Origin: Flavobacteriales bacterium
GTDB lineage: Bacteria > Bacteroidota > Bacteroidia > Flavobacteriales > UBA7430
Assembly: GCA_024959975.1 (NCBI GenBank)
Contig: JANXFM010000143.1
Span: 1-35,951, forward strand
DNA: 35,951 nucleotides
Direction: 5' to 3'
Of the stretch, positions 25,470-34,766 are shown one piece after another. The position numbers and the translations under genes are program-made. How positions within the stretch are numbered: the stretch's first letter is position 1; each line of letters starts with the position of its first letter. A model generated the notes under the pieces. That model was given only the letters and a program-made list of their open reading frames with translations, did not search any database and was not told the origin of the DNA.

Positions 25470-26057
25470 ATGTTTACAGGAATCATAGAACAATTAGGAA
25501 CGGTAAAAAACATCATTCGTGAGAAAGGGAACCTCCATCTTACTATTGATGCTGCAATGACCCCCGAACTTAAAATAGATCAGAGCATAGCACACAATGG
25601 TGTTTGCCTTACCGTGGTATCAATTCATGGAAATGAATACACGGTAACAGCCATTCAGGAAACCCTTGAAAAAACAAATCTTAGCAACTTAAACACAGAC
25701 GATATAATCAATTTAGAACGTTGCATGAAAATAGGTGAAAGACTAGATGGTCACATTGTACAAGGCCATGTGGATAAAACTGCTATTTGTAAGGATGTTA
25801 AAACTGAAGATGGATCCTGGGTTTTCAGTTTTGAGTACGACAAAAATTCTCCTTCGGAAATTACTGTTGAAAAAGGATCTATTACAGTAAATGGCACGAG
25901 TCTGACTGTGGTAAACTCAAAAGACAACGGCTTTTCAGTATGTATCATCCCTTATACCTTTGAGAATACTTGCTTCAAAAACTTAAAGAAAGGCGATCAG
26001 GTCAATTTAGAATTTGATATCATCGGCAAGTATGTTGCACGTATGGTGGGGAAATAA
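25470..26057 (+). CDS. ribE: Riboflavin synthase (alpha chain)
   Basis: 195 aa starting MFTGIIE, with the duplicated lumazine-binding repeat (...NGVCLTVV... / ...NGTSLTVV...). Confidence 0.93.
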   Translation: MFTGIIEQLGTVKNIIREKGNLHLTIDAAMTPELKIDQSIAHNGVCLTVVSIHGNEYTVTAIQETLEKTNLSNLNTDDIINLERCMKIGERLDGHIVQGHVDKTAICKDVKTEDGSWVFSFEYDKNSPSEITVEKGSITVNGTSLTVVNSKDNGFSVCIIPYTFENTCFKNLKKGDQVNLEFDIIGKYVARMVGK

Positions 26058-26073
26058 ATCGAATCCATAAAAC

Positions 26074-26101
26074 AAAAGCTCCACAAAATGTGGAGCTTTT
26101 T
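26074..26101 (+). terminator. Rho-independent terminator after ribE
   Basis: Stem AGCTCCACA (26077-26085) / TGTGGAGCT (26089-26097) followed by a T5 run. Confidence 0.85.
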
Positions 26102-26305
26102 AAATTCGAATCATTAACTAACTATAAGATAAAACCCATTATTCATACAATACAACTCAGCAAACAAAATATAGCTACATTAAACAATTATTCCATACAA
26201 CAAATTTAAGGCAAATATGCATGCGTGTAAATAGGTGATGTCACTCATTTTTAGGGTAACATTACCACATAAAAAATAAATTAGGATTTCCCAACTGAAT
26301 AAAAA

Positions 26306-27556
26306 CTACTGCCCCGAACGAATAGCTTCTACAGGGTCTAAGCGAGCAGCCGAAAGCGCAGGGATTATACCTGAAATAACACCAATTAATATAGACACAC
26401 ATAAGCCTGTAAAGATATTATTGACTGACAAAGCGACGTCAAATTCAATATAATTATTAGCAAGCACTGTCCCTGTGTAAACAAGCAATAAACCCAAAGC
26501 ACCTCCAATTAGACACAACAAAATGGCTTCAAATAAAAACTGCAACAAGATGAAATAATTCCGGGCTCCTATAGCTTTTTGAATCCCTATAATATTAGTT
26601 CTTTCCTTAACGGAAACAAACATAATATTGGCAATGCCAAAACCTCCAACTAACAATGAAAATCCTCCGATAATAATTCCCGCTAAATCAATTACACGAA
26701 ACATCACATCAATTCCTTTTGATAATATGCTAATCTCGTTCAAGGCAAAATCATCATCAGATTTAGGGGAAAGCCTTCTTACAGAGCGCATCACCCTAGT
26801 TAAATCATCTTTTAACTGATCATTAGTAACTCCCTGTTTAGCCTTAACCATAAACATCGGATTAACAGACTCACTATTCAAACGCATAAAATTGCGTGCA
26901 AACTTTACGGGGATAACAATATTGTCATCATCACTATTTCCTATAATACTATCACCTGCCTTTTCGAAAACACCAACAACCAAGACCTTTTGCCCCATAA
27001 ATCTGATAACTTTTCCGAGTGGATTATCCCCTTTAAAAAGTTCTTCGACGATATTTGAACCGACAACTGCTACCGGTTTCCCGGTTGCCGACTCAAGCAA
27101 AGAAAAATATCTCCCGGAAGAAAGTTCAAAACCATAAACATCCTGATAAGCATGTGAAACAGCAGCCACTCCAATGCCCTCAACATCATTTGATTCAAAT
27201 TTGGCAGTTTTATTTTCTGCTCCGGCAACAAATGCAACTGCTTCAGCCATTTCCAGACGTTGTTCTAAAACAGGCAATTCCTTAAAAGTTGGAACAGGTC
27301 TCTGATAATATTTCCACCAGGGATATTCACCATCCATAGCCCAGGGCCATTTTGTTACAAAAACTACATTATCGCCCAAAGAATCCACATTATTTCTAAT
27401 GTTGCGCTCTAAAGAATCGACCACGGCAAATACAGATATAATCGCAAAAATCCCAATAGTGACACCTAGTAAAGAAAGAAGAGTTCGTAGTTTATTTCCA
27501 ATTAATGCCTGAATTGCAAAACGAAAACTTTCATGTAATATTTTTAATAATATCAT
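26306..27556 (-). CDS. ABC-transporter permease of the MacB/LolCE (FtsX-domain) type, with no adjacent ATPase
   Basis: 416 aa with an N-terminal TM segment, a large periplasmic domain, and a C-terminal 3-TM FtsX domain (KERTNIIGIQKAIGA...AARLDPVEAIR). Confidence 0.85.
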   Translation of the reverse strand: MILLKILHESFRFAIQALIGNKLRTLLSLLGVTIGIFAIISVFAVVDSLERNIRNNVDSLGDNVVFVTKWPWAMDGEYPWWKYYQRPVPTFKELPVLEQRLEMAEAVAFVAGAENKTAKFESNDVEGIGVAAVSHAYQDVYGFELSSGRYFSLLESATGKPVAVVGSNIVEELFKGDNPLGKVIRFMGQKVLVVGVFEKAGDSIIGNSDDDNIVIPVKFARNFMRLNSESVNPMFMVKAKQGVTNDQLKDDLTRVMRSVRRLSPKSDDDFALNEISILSKGIDVMFRVIDLAGIIIGGFSLLVGGFGIANIMFVSVKERTNIIGIQKAIGARNYFILLQFLFEAILLCLIGGALGLLLVYTGTVLANNYIEFDVALSVNNIFTGLCVSILIGVISGIIPALSAARLDPVEAIRSGQ

Positions 27557-27693
27557 AATTTAAATCTCTTGTAAAGATAAAATTTTATGCACTATTATTA
27601 AACCTTGGCAAACAGAAACTACGAACACTTTTTTAATCTCAAATTTTTCTAAAATTTGGAGCCTAAAATTCGACTTTATTTAAAGTGAATTTC

Positions 27694-27701
27694 TACTTTT
27701 G
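27694..27701 (+). promoter_or_regulatory. -7 promoter box for purH
   Basis: TACTTTTG, 31 nt upstream of the TTG start at 27733. Confidence 0.4.
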
Positions 27702-27732
27702 CTAAAGTATTAAGCATCTCAAACTTAAAGCT

Positions 27733-29247
27733 TTGAAAAAAATTCAAAACGCCCTTATTTCGGTTTTTCACAAAGACCGTCTAGAACCAATCATTGAAGA
27801 ATTAAACCGCTTAGATGTAACCATTTACTCTACCGGAGGAACCCAAAAATTTATCGAAGACGTTGGAGTCTCTGTTGTTCCTGTTGAGAATTTAACAAGC
27901 TACCCATCTATTTTAGGAGGACGCGTAAAGACACTTCATCCAAATATTTTTGGCGGAATTTTGGCTCGACGTCACGAATCTAGCGATTTAGAACAATTAG
28001 AGCAATACAACATCCCTGAACTTGACCTAATCATTGTTGATCTGTATCCATTTGAAGACACTGTCGCTTCGGGAGCTGATGAGCAAGCGATTATTGAGAA
28101 AATAGACATCGGGGGTATTTCCTTAATTCGCGCAGCTGCAAAAAATTATAAAGACACATTAATTGTTCCTTCGAGGGAAGATTATCAAGAAACTCTTGAC
28201 ATCTTAAGATCTCAGGAAGGTTCTACCTCCATCGAGCAGAGAAAAGCTTTTGCATCTAAAGCATTCCATATTTCTTCGCACTATGACACAGCTATATTTA
28301 ATTACTTTAACGATGGTTCAATTACCGCTCTAAAACAAAGTATTCAGGAATCGAAAACACTGCGTTACGGAGAAAATCCTCACCAGGAAGGTACTTTCTA
28401 TGGTAAATTGGATGATATGTTTGAGCAATTAAATGGTAAAGAATTATCATACAACAATCTATTAGACGTTGATGCTGCCGTTAATTTAATGGCTGAATTC
28501 GACGAAACTACTTTTGCTGTCCTTAAACACAATAATGCTTGTGGTTTAGCTTCTCGAGAAAACCTTATCGATGCCTGGAAAGATGCCCTTGCAGCAGACC
28601 CCGTTTCTGCTTTTGGGGGAGTGTTGATAACTAATAGAAAAGTGAATATTGAAACTGCCGAAGAAATTCATAAATTGTTCTTCGAAGTGATTATCGCTCC
28701 GGCTTACGATGAGGCTGCTTTAGAATTGTTTAAAACAAAGAAAAATCGCGTCGTTCTTGTACAAAAAGAAGTGGAAATGCCTGCCAAAACAGTTCGAACG
28801 ATCTTAAACGGTGTGTTAGAACAAGACAAAGATTCGAAAACTGATACCATTGCAGATATGAAAAATGTTTGCAAAGTATTAGCTACTGAAGAACAAAAAA
28901 CGGATTTAGCCTTCGCTTCTAAGCTTTGTAAAAACACCAAATCGAACACGATTATTTTCGCTAAAAACAAGCAATTATTATCAGGTGGTGTAGGGCAAAC
29001 TTCGCGTGTAGATGCTTTGAAGCAAGCTATTGTTAAGGCTAAAGCTTTTGGATTTGACCTGAATGGTGCAGTGATGGCTTCTGATGCTTTCTTCCCTTTC
29101 CCTGATTGTGTGGAACTGGCAGACAAAGAAGGTATTAAAGCAGTAATCCAACCAGGTGGTTCTATCAAAGATCAATTATCAATTGATTACTGCGATGAAC
29201 ACAAAATGGCGATGGTCTTCACAGGAACGAGGCATTTCAAACACTAA
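27733..29247 (+). CDS. purH: Bifunctional AICAR transformylase / IMP cyclohydrolase
   Basis: 504 aa with an MGS-like N-terminal domain (ALISVFHKD...STGGT...GGRVKTLHP) and the AICARFT domain. A TTG start is forced: in-frame stop at 27703-27705 and no ATG before the conserved domain. Confidence 0.95.
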   Translation: MKKIQNALISVFHKDRLEPIIEELNRLDVTIYSTGGTQKFIEDVGVSVVPVENLTSYPSILGGRVKTLHPNIFGGILARRHESSDLEQLEQYNIPELDLIIVDLYPFEDTVASGADEQAIIEKIDIGGISLIRAAAKNYKDTLIVPSREDYQETLDILRSQEGSTSIEQRKAFASKAFHISSHYDTAIFNYFNDGSITALKQSIQESKTLRYGENPHQEGTFYGKLDDMFEQLNGKELSYNNLLDVDAAVNLMAEFDETTFAVLKHNNACGLASRENLIDAWKDALAADPVSAFGGVLITNRKVNIETAEEIHKLFFEVIIAPAYDEAALELFKTKKNRVVLVQKEVEMPAKTVRTILNGVLEQDKDSKTDTIADMKNVCKVLATEEQKTDLAFASKLCKNTKSNTIIFAKNKQLLSGGVGQTSRVDALKQAIVKAKAFGFDLNGAVMASDAFFPFPDCVELADKEGIKAVIQPGGSIKDQLSIDYCDEHKMAMVFTGTRHFKH

Positions 29248-29261
29248 AATTGAATGTTTTC

Positions 29262-29289
29262 CAACGAATGCTCTCAAGAGTGTTCGTTG
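29262..29289 (+). terminator. Stem-loop between purH and mreB (weak terminator or attenuator)
   Basis: CAACGAA (29262-29268) pairs with TTCGTTG (29283-29289), with an inner CTC/GAG pairing. The T tract is weak (CATATTTT). Confidence 0.35.
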
Positions 29290-29323
29290 CATATTTTACT
29301 AATACATTAAATATAAAAAGCTC

Positions 29324-30349
29324 ATGGGATTGTTCGACTTCATGACACAAGACATTGCCATTGACCTGGGAACTGCAAACACACTAATTATCCATAACGA
29401 TAAAGTTGTTGTAGATCAGCCATCAATTGTTGCCATCGACCGCAAATCTGAAAAGATTATTGCAGTCGGAAAAAGGGCACAACAGATGCATGGAAAGTCG
29501 CATAAAGGAATCAAAACAATCCGACCTCTTAAAGATGGCGTTATTGCCGATTTCGGCGCATCGGAACAGATGATTCGCGAATTGGTGAGAACCATTCCCA
29601 ATCTTCGTAACAAATTCTTTTCGCCTTCTCTAAGAATGGTTATTTGTATCCCTTCGGGAATTACACAAGTGGAAGAAAGAGCGGTAAAAGATTCAGCAGA
29701 ACAAATTGGTGCAAAAGAAGTTTATTTGATACACGAACCTATGGCAGCAGCTATCGGTATCGGGATTGATGTGCTTGAGCCAAAAGGGAATATGATCATT
29801 GACATAGGTGGTGGTACAACAGAAATTGCCGTATTAGCCTTAGGAGGTATTGTTTGTGACAAATCCATTAAAGTAGCCGGTGACGTATTTACCAGCGATA
29901 TCGTTTACTATATGCGTACACAACACAACTTGTATGTGGGTGAGCGTACAGCTGAAAAAATTAAAATTCACGTGGGTTCTGCTATTGAAGAATTAGAAAA
30001 CCCTCCGGAGGATTACCCGGTTCAGGGACGTGATTTGATGACCGGTAAACCAAAACAAATTACAGTATCGAGTGGTGAAATTGCAAAAGCACTTAACAAA
30101 TCTATCATTCAGGTAGAAGATGCTGTTATGCAGGCGCTTGCCATGACTCCTCCTGAATTGGCTGCCGACATTTACAATACCGGTATTTACTTAGCCGGTG
30201 GCGGTTCTATGCTTCGAGGATTGGACAAACGTATTTCTAAAAAAACAGAATTACCTGTTTACGTTGCCGAAGACCCGCTCAGAGCTGTAGTTCGTGGTAC
30301 CGGTATCGCACTTAAAAACATTGAATCTTTCAGTTTCTTAATGAAATAG
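29324..30349 (+). CDS. mreB: Rod-shape-determining actin homologue MreB
   Basis: 341 aa with IAIDLGTANTLI, IDIGGGTTEIAV and LAGGGSMLRGLD. Confidence 0.96.
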   Translation: MGLFDFMTQDIAIDLGTANTLIIHNDKVVVDQPSIVAIDRKSEKIIAVGKRAQQMHGKSHKGIKTIRPLKDGVIADFGASEQMIRELVRTIPNLRNKFFSPSLRMVICIPSGITQVEERAVKDSAEQIGAKEVYLIHEPMAAAIGIGIDVLEPKGNMIIDIGGGTTEIAVLALGGIVCDKSIKVAGDVFTSDIVYYMRTQHNLYVGERTAEKIKIHVGSAIEELENPPEDYPVQGRDLMTGKPKQITVSSGEIAKALNKSIIQVEDAVMQALAMTPPELAADIYNTGIYLAGGGSMLRGLDKRISKKTELPVYVAEDPLRAVVRGTGIALKNIESFSFLMK

Positions 30350-30364
30350 AATACCCGATAACTC

Positions 30365-31168
30365 ATGCGCAACTTATTTGCATTTCTCTTTAGGTATCAC
30401 GTCTTTTTCGTGTTTATCCTTTTGGAGATCATCGCTGTGGGGATGTTAATTCAAAGTCACTATTACCAGGCCTCACGTTTTGCGAGTTCATCTAATGCCT
30501 GGTCAGGTCAGATTTTAGAACACTTCAGAAATTCTACAGACTACTTTTCTCTAAAAAAAATGAACCACCTACTCGCAGAAGAGAATGCTTTATTAAAGAA
30601 TAGAATACAAAAATCTGCTATGCAAATAAGTCCCGTTAAAAAAGGACAATACGAATACATTTCTGCTAAAATCATTAAAAACTCTTACAACAAGCGAAAT
30701 AATTACTTAACCATTAACAAGGGTTCTATGCACGGCATAGAAAACGGAATGGGTGTTTGCATAAACGATGGTGTTGTAGGAATTGTACGTGATGTAACTA
30801 AACACTATGCCACTGTTATGAGCGTGTTAAATAAGAATACAGTTATCAGTACACGCTTTGCTAAATCAAATCACTTTGGAGAATTGCTTTGGGATGGAAA
30901 ATCACATTATTTTGCACAATTACACTCCATAGAAAAATACGTCGATGTTTCTGTTGGTGATAGTCTGATTACCAATAGTTTTTCCAGTATTTTTCCCGAA
31001 GGAATTACCCTTGGAACTGTAAACAGATTCCAAAGAGACGAAACCGAAAACTTTTACACGATTGAGGTTGACCTGAGTGTTAACTTTGGTAATATCGATT
31101 ACGTCTATGTGATAAAAGATATGTTAAAAGAAGAAAGACTGGAATTGGAATCGAAACAAAATGAATAA
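30365..31168 (+). CDS. mreC: Rod-shape-determining protein MreC
   Basis: 267 aa with an N-terminal TM segment, a coiled-coil (LAEENALLKNRI) and a beta-rich C-terminal domain. Position is between mreB and mreD. Confidence 0.88.
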   Translation: MRNLFAFLFRYHVFFVFILLEIIAVGMLIQSHYYQASRFASSSNAWSGQILEHFRNSTDYFSLKKMNHLLAEENALLKNRIQKSAMQISPVKKGQYEYISAKIIKNSYNKRNNYLTINKGSMHGIENGMGVCINDGVVGIVRDVTKHYATVMSVLNKNTVISTRFAKSNHFGELLWDGKSHYFAQLHSIEKYVDVSVGDSLITNSFSSIFPEGITLGTVNRFQRDETENFYTIEVDLSVNFGNIDYVYVIKDMLKEERLELESKQNE

Positions 31169-31670
31169 AGGGTTTCAACATATCGTACGTTTTATTATTC
31201 TGATTGCTGTTCAGGTTTTGATCTTTAATAATGTGCAAATAAGTGGTTACCTCAACCCTTATGTGTACATTTTATTTATCATGTTACTTCCTCCTAAACT
31301 TCCAAAAGCTTTAGTTTTAATATTGGCTTTTGTTATGGGATTTACCATTGACATTTTTGCCGACAGCTATGGAATTCATACGGCTGCGTCTGTACTCCTA
31401 GCCTATATTCGTCCAAGCATTTTATCATTAGTATCCGTAAAGGGTGGTGAAGATTTAGAGGACATTAGTATTAAACAATTAAATTTCGGTAGATTCTTTA
31501 CTTACTCAGGAATTTTGTGTTTAATACATCATTTCACCTTATTTTATCTGGAAGCATTCCGATTAAATGAATTTTTCGACACTTTTACACGTGCTTTATT
31601 TAGCACGGCAATCAGTTTATTATTGATTCTAATGATAGAATCACTTCGCTCAAACCCACAAAAAAGATGA
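31161..31670 (+). CDS. mreD: Rod-shape-determining protein MreD
   Basis: 169-aa polytopic membrane protein overlapping mreC by 8 nt and mrdA by 4 nt. The call is mainly positional. Confidence 0.8.
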   Translation: MNKGFQHIVRFIILIAVQVLIFNNVQISGYLNPYVYILFIMLLPPKLPKALVLILAFVMGFTIDIFADSYGIHTAASVLLAYIRPSILSLVSVKGGEDLEDISIKQLNFGRFFTYSGILCLIHHFTLFYLEAFRLNEFFDTFTRALFSTAISLLLILMIESLRSNPQKR

Positions 31671-33499
31671 GTAGAAGCAGGTATGCCAATCGAAGACTAT
31701 TTTTTTATTTCCTGTTTGGAGTAAGTGCAACCCTCCTGTTAATCTCGCTTTTTAGAATTCAGGTTGTTGATGATTCTTATAAATTATCAGCAGACAACAA
31801 CGTTATTAAAGCGGTAACACTTTATCCCGAAAGAGGTTATATCTACGATAGAAATGGAGAACTTTTGGTAACCAATCAAAGAGCTTACGATCTTATGGTT
31901 ACCCCACGGCAAGTAAAGAAAATGGACACGCTGAACTTCTGTCGAATTATTAATATAGAAAAAGAATATTTCGATAAACAATTTTCAAAAGCACGACGTT
32001 ATTCGAGTTACCGCGCATCAATATTTATAAAAGAAATTTCCAAACAAACTGCTGCTCAACTTCAAGAGCGACTTTATGAATTCCCCGGTTTTTACTTGCA
32101 GGAAAGAACCATGCGAGAGTATCCACAAAAATCAGCAGCTCACATATTAGGATACGTTAGTCAGGTCCCGGATTACATCCTGAAAAAAAATGATCGCTAC
32201 AAAAAAAACGACAACTTTGGAATGACCGGAATTGAGAATTCTTATGAAAAAGAATTACGAGGAACTCAGGGAATACAATACCTCATTCGCGATGTATGGA
32301 ACAGATCTAAAGGTAATTTTCAAGATGGGAAATACGATAGCTTAGCAGTTAACGGGAAAGATCTGGAGCTCTGTATAGATATTAAATTGCAAAAATATGC
32401 AGAGCAATTAATACAAAACAAAAAAGGAAGTATTGTTGCTATTGAACCTTCAACAGGAGAGATCTTAGTACTAGTGAGTAGCCCGTATTACGACCCCAAT
32501 TTATTGATTGGTCGTTCGCGTTCGCCCAACTTCAATCGGATGTATAAAGACGAAAACAAACCTCTATTCGATAGAAGTTTATTAGCAGAATACCCTCCGG
32601 GTTCTACATTTAAATTACTCAATGCACTTATTGGCTTACAAGAGGATGTTATTTATGCCGGAACAAGGTTTTCATGTGATCAAGGATGGCGTTTCAGTCC
32701 AAAATTAAAAATTGGTTGCCATGCACATAATTCACCTCTAAACCTTACCGAGTCAATTTCTCAATCGTGTAACGCCTATTACTGTTACACCTTTAGACGT
32801 ATTATTGAAAAATATCCCACAGCAGAAGAAGGTTACGATAATTGGAGGAACCACATCCTAAGTTTTGGCTTAGGAAACTTCCTAAACAACGACCTATACA
32901 CAGGAAGAAAAGGAAGAGTACCAAGTGTAGATTTCTACAACCGTCAATACGGAAAAAAGAGATGGAAAGCACCAACGGTGATCTCTCTTTCTATCGGTCA
33001 GGATGCATTAGTTGTTTCTCCTATTCAGATGGCAAATATGTGTGCAGCCATTGCTAACCGAGGACATTATTACACACCTCATATGGTAAGAAAAATAAAT
33101 GGAGAACCATTATCAGATAGTACTTACACCATTCCAAAACACACCACTATCGACAAAAAGCATTTCAAAACTATTGTTAATGGAATGGAAAAAGCATTTA
33201 CCAGCAAACGCGGTACAGCTAAAACAGCGCGTGTAAAAAATATAGAAATATGTGGAAAAACTGGAACTGCCGAAAACCCACATGGGGAAGATCACTCTAT
33301 TTTTATTGCTTTTGCACCTAAAGAAAATCCACAAATTGCCTTGGCTGTTTATGTAGAAAATGGAGGTTGGGGATCTACCTGGGCTGCTCCAATAGCCAGC
33401 TTGATGATAGAAAAATATTTAACCGATCAAGTGAGTAACACAAATTTGGAAAGCTTTATTCTGAATGGAAATTTAATGGATAAAGAAGATGAGAAATAA
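31667..33499 (+). CDS. mrdA: Penicillin-binding protein 2 (elongasome transpeptidase)
   Basis: 610 aa with the SxxK motif in PGSTFKLL, SxN in SQSCNAYY, and KTG in CGKTGTAE. Confidence 0.93.
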   Translation: MSRSRYANRRLFFYFLFGVSATLLLISLFRIQVVDDSYKLSADNNVIKAVTLYPERGYIYDRNGELLVTNQRAYDLMVTPRQVKKMDTLNFCRIINIEKEYFDKQFSKARRYSSYRASIFIKEISKQTAAQLQERLYEFPGFYLQERTMREYPQKSAAHILGYVSQVPDYILKKNDRYKKNDNFGMTGIENSYEKELRGTQGIQYLIRDVWNRSKGNFQDGKYDSLAVNGKDLELCIDIKLQKYAEQLIQNKKGSIVAIEPSTGEILVLVSSPYYDPNLLIGRSRSPNFNRMYKDENKPLFDRSLLAEYPPGSTFKLLNALIGLQEDVIYAGTRFSCDQGWRFSPKLKIGCHAHNSPLNLTESISQSCNAYYCYTFRRIIEKYPTAEEGYDNWRNHILSFGLGNFLNNDLYTGRKGRVPSVDFYNRQYGKKRWKAPTVISLSIGQDALVVSPIQMANMCAAIANRGHYYTPHMVRKINGEPLSDSTYTIPKHTTIDKKHFKTIVNGMEKAFTSKRGTAKTARVKNIEICGKTGTAENPHGEDHSIFIAFAPKENPQIALAVYVENGGWGSTWAAPIASLMIEKYLTDQVSNTNLESFILNGNLMDKEDEK

Positions 33500-34751
33500 C
33501 AGAAGTTTATTCGCTAATATCGACTGGACATTAGTGCTCCTCTATCTGTTAATGCTGTTTTTTGGGTGGCTAAACATCTATGCCGCAAACTATGGAGAAG
33601 GAACACACAACCTCATATCTATGTCTTCCGAACCGGGGAAACAACTCTTCTGGATAGGGACATCTTTCATATGGATCTTACTTATCCTTATACTCGACGG
33701 AAAATTCTACACGACATTTTCCTACTTAATTTATGCTGTGATGATAATCCTCTTGATCGGAGTTCTCATCGTTGGTAAAGAGATTGGTGGGGCAAAATCC
33801 TGGTATGAAATAGGAAACTTTAGCATGCAACCATCTGAGTTTGCGAAAATTGGTACGCTGTTAGCACTTAGCAAATATTTAAGTCAATTAAATATAAATC
33901 TTGGAAAATTCAACACTCAAATTAAAGCACTTTCCATTATTGCAATCCCAATATTGTTTATCATGCTACAACCTGATGCAGGTTCAGCAATCGTTTTCGC
34001 ATCACTTTTCTTAGTATTATTTAGAGAAGGGATCTCCAATATTTACCTTGTTATTGTAGGTTTTGCAATCGCCTTATTTGTAATTACATTAAAACTTGAG
34101 TTACAGACAACTATGGCTATCGTTACCATAATTGCCGGACTTTTTGCCTACCTACTCAAAAAAAATAAAAACTCTGTTAAACCCGCCATTATTAGTTTAA
34201 TCCTGGCTCTTGGTTTTGTACAATCTGTAGGCTACATGTATTCTGAAGTACTAAAACCACATCAAAGAAACAGAATAGACCTTATTTTGGGGAAAATTGA
34301 TGACACCCACGGAGCCGGATACAATCTTCACCAGTCAAAAATTGCCATTGGCTCGGGAGGTTTTACAGGAAAAGGCTTTTTAGATGGAACTCAAACAAAA
34401 TTTAATTTTGTTCCCGAACAAAGTACCGATTTCATTTTCTGCACCATTGGCGAAGAATGGGGTTTTATTGGTTCAATAATCACAATTGGCATATTCATGC
34501 TTCTACTATTCAGACTCATCATCTTAGCCGAAAGACAACGATCAGCATTTAGCAGGGTTTTTGGTTATGGGGTGGCAACCATTCTGTTTTGTCATTTCTT
34601 CATCAACATAGGAATGACCATTGGTATTATGCCCGTAATTGGTATTCCTCTACCTTTCTTCAGCTATGGAGGGTCTTCATTATGGGGTTTCAGTATTTTA
34701 CTTTTCATCTTCATAAAATTAGATGCCTACAGAATGGAGATCTTGCGCTAA
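33489..34751 (+). CDS. rodA: SEDS-family peptidoglycan polymerase RodA
   Basis: 420 aa polytopic protein with MQPSEFAKI, QPDAGSA, PEQSTDFIFCTIGEEWGF and PFFSYGGSS. Overlaps mrdA by 11 nt. Confidence 0.93.
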   Translation: MRNNRSLFANIDWTLVLLYLLMLFFGWLNIYAANYGEGTHNLISMSSEPGKQLFWIGTSFIWILLILILDGKFYTTFSYLIYAVMIILLIGVLIVGKEIGGAKSWYEIGNFSMQPSEFAKIGTLLALSKYLSQLNINLGKFNTQIKALSIIAIPILFIMLQPDAGSAIVFASLFLVLFREGISNIYLVIVGFAIALFVITLKLELQTTMAIVTIIAGLFAYLLKKNKNSVKPAIISLILALGFVQSVGYMYSEVLKPHQRNRIDLILGKIDDTHGAGYNLHQSKIAIGSGGFTGKGFLDGTQTKFNFVPEQSTDFIFCTIGEEWGFIGSIITIGIFMLLLFRLIILAERQRSAFSRVFGYGVATILFCHFFINIGMTIGIMPVIGIPLPFFSYGGSSLWGFSILLFIFIKLDAYRMEILR

Positions 34752-34755
34752 GATC
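34737..34755. terminator. Short hairpin between convergent rodA and the M1 peptidase gene
   Basis: AGATCTT (34737-34743) / AAGATCT (34749-34755) with a 5-nt loop, overlapping the rodA stop. There is only a weak T tract. Confidence 0.3.
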
Positions 34756-34766
34756 TTTATACTATT

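Noticed and set aside
26059-26112. Two TCGAATC(C) / TTCGAATC strings reminiscent of tRNA T-loops, in the 248-nt spacer between convergent ribE and the permease gene.
   Set aside because: No flanking T-stem, acceptor stem or anticodon arm can be drawn. One copy sits next to the ribE stop and the other just after its terminator. No tRNA or other structured RNA could be supported in this spacer.
27606-27622. TGGCA element upstream of purH as a possible sigma-54 (-24/-12) promoter, prompted by rpoN being in the window.
   Set aside because: The sequence is TGGCAAACAGAAACTAC. There is no TTGC(A/T) -12 element at the required spacing, and no other TGGCAC-N5-TTGC match was seen in the intergenic regions.
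28704-29168. 154-aa ORF antisense to purH. Similar antisense or overlapping ORFs occur at 19457-19780, 3048-3371, 20581-20805, 21045-21291, 15309-15500, 26628-27285, 4585-4821 and 33113-33334.
   Set aside because: All lie fully inside well-supported genes on the opposite strand or in another frame. They have low-complexity, Ser/Leu/Phe/Ile-rich composition and no recognisable motifs, which is typical of shadow ORFs in AT-rich coding sequence.
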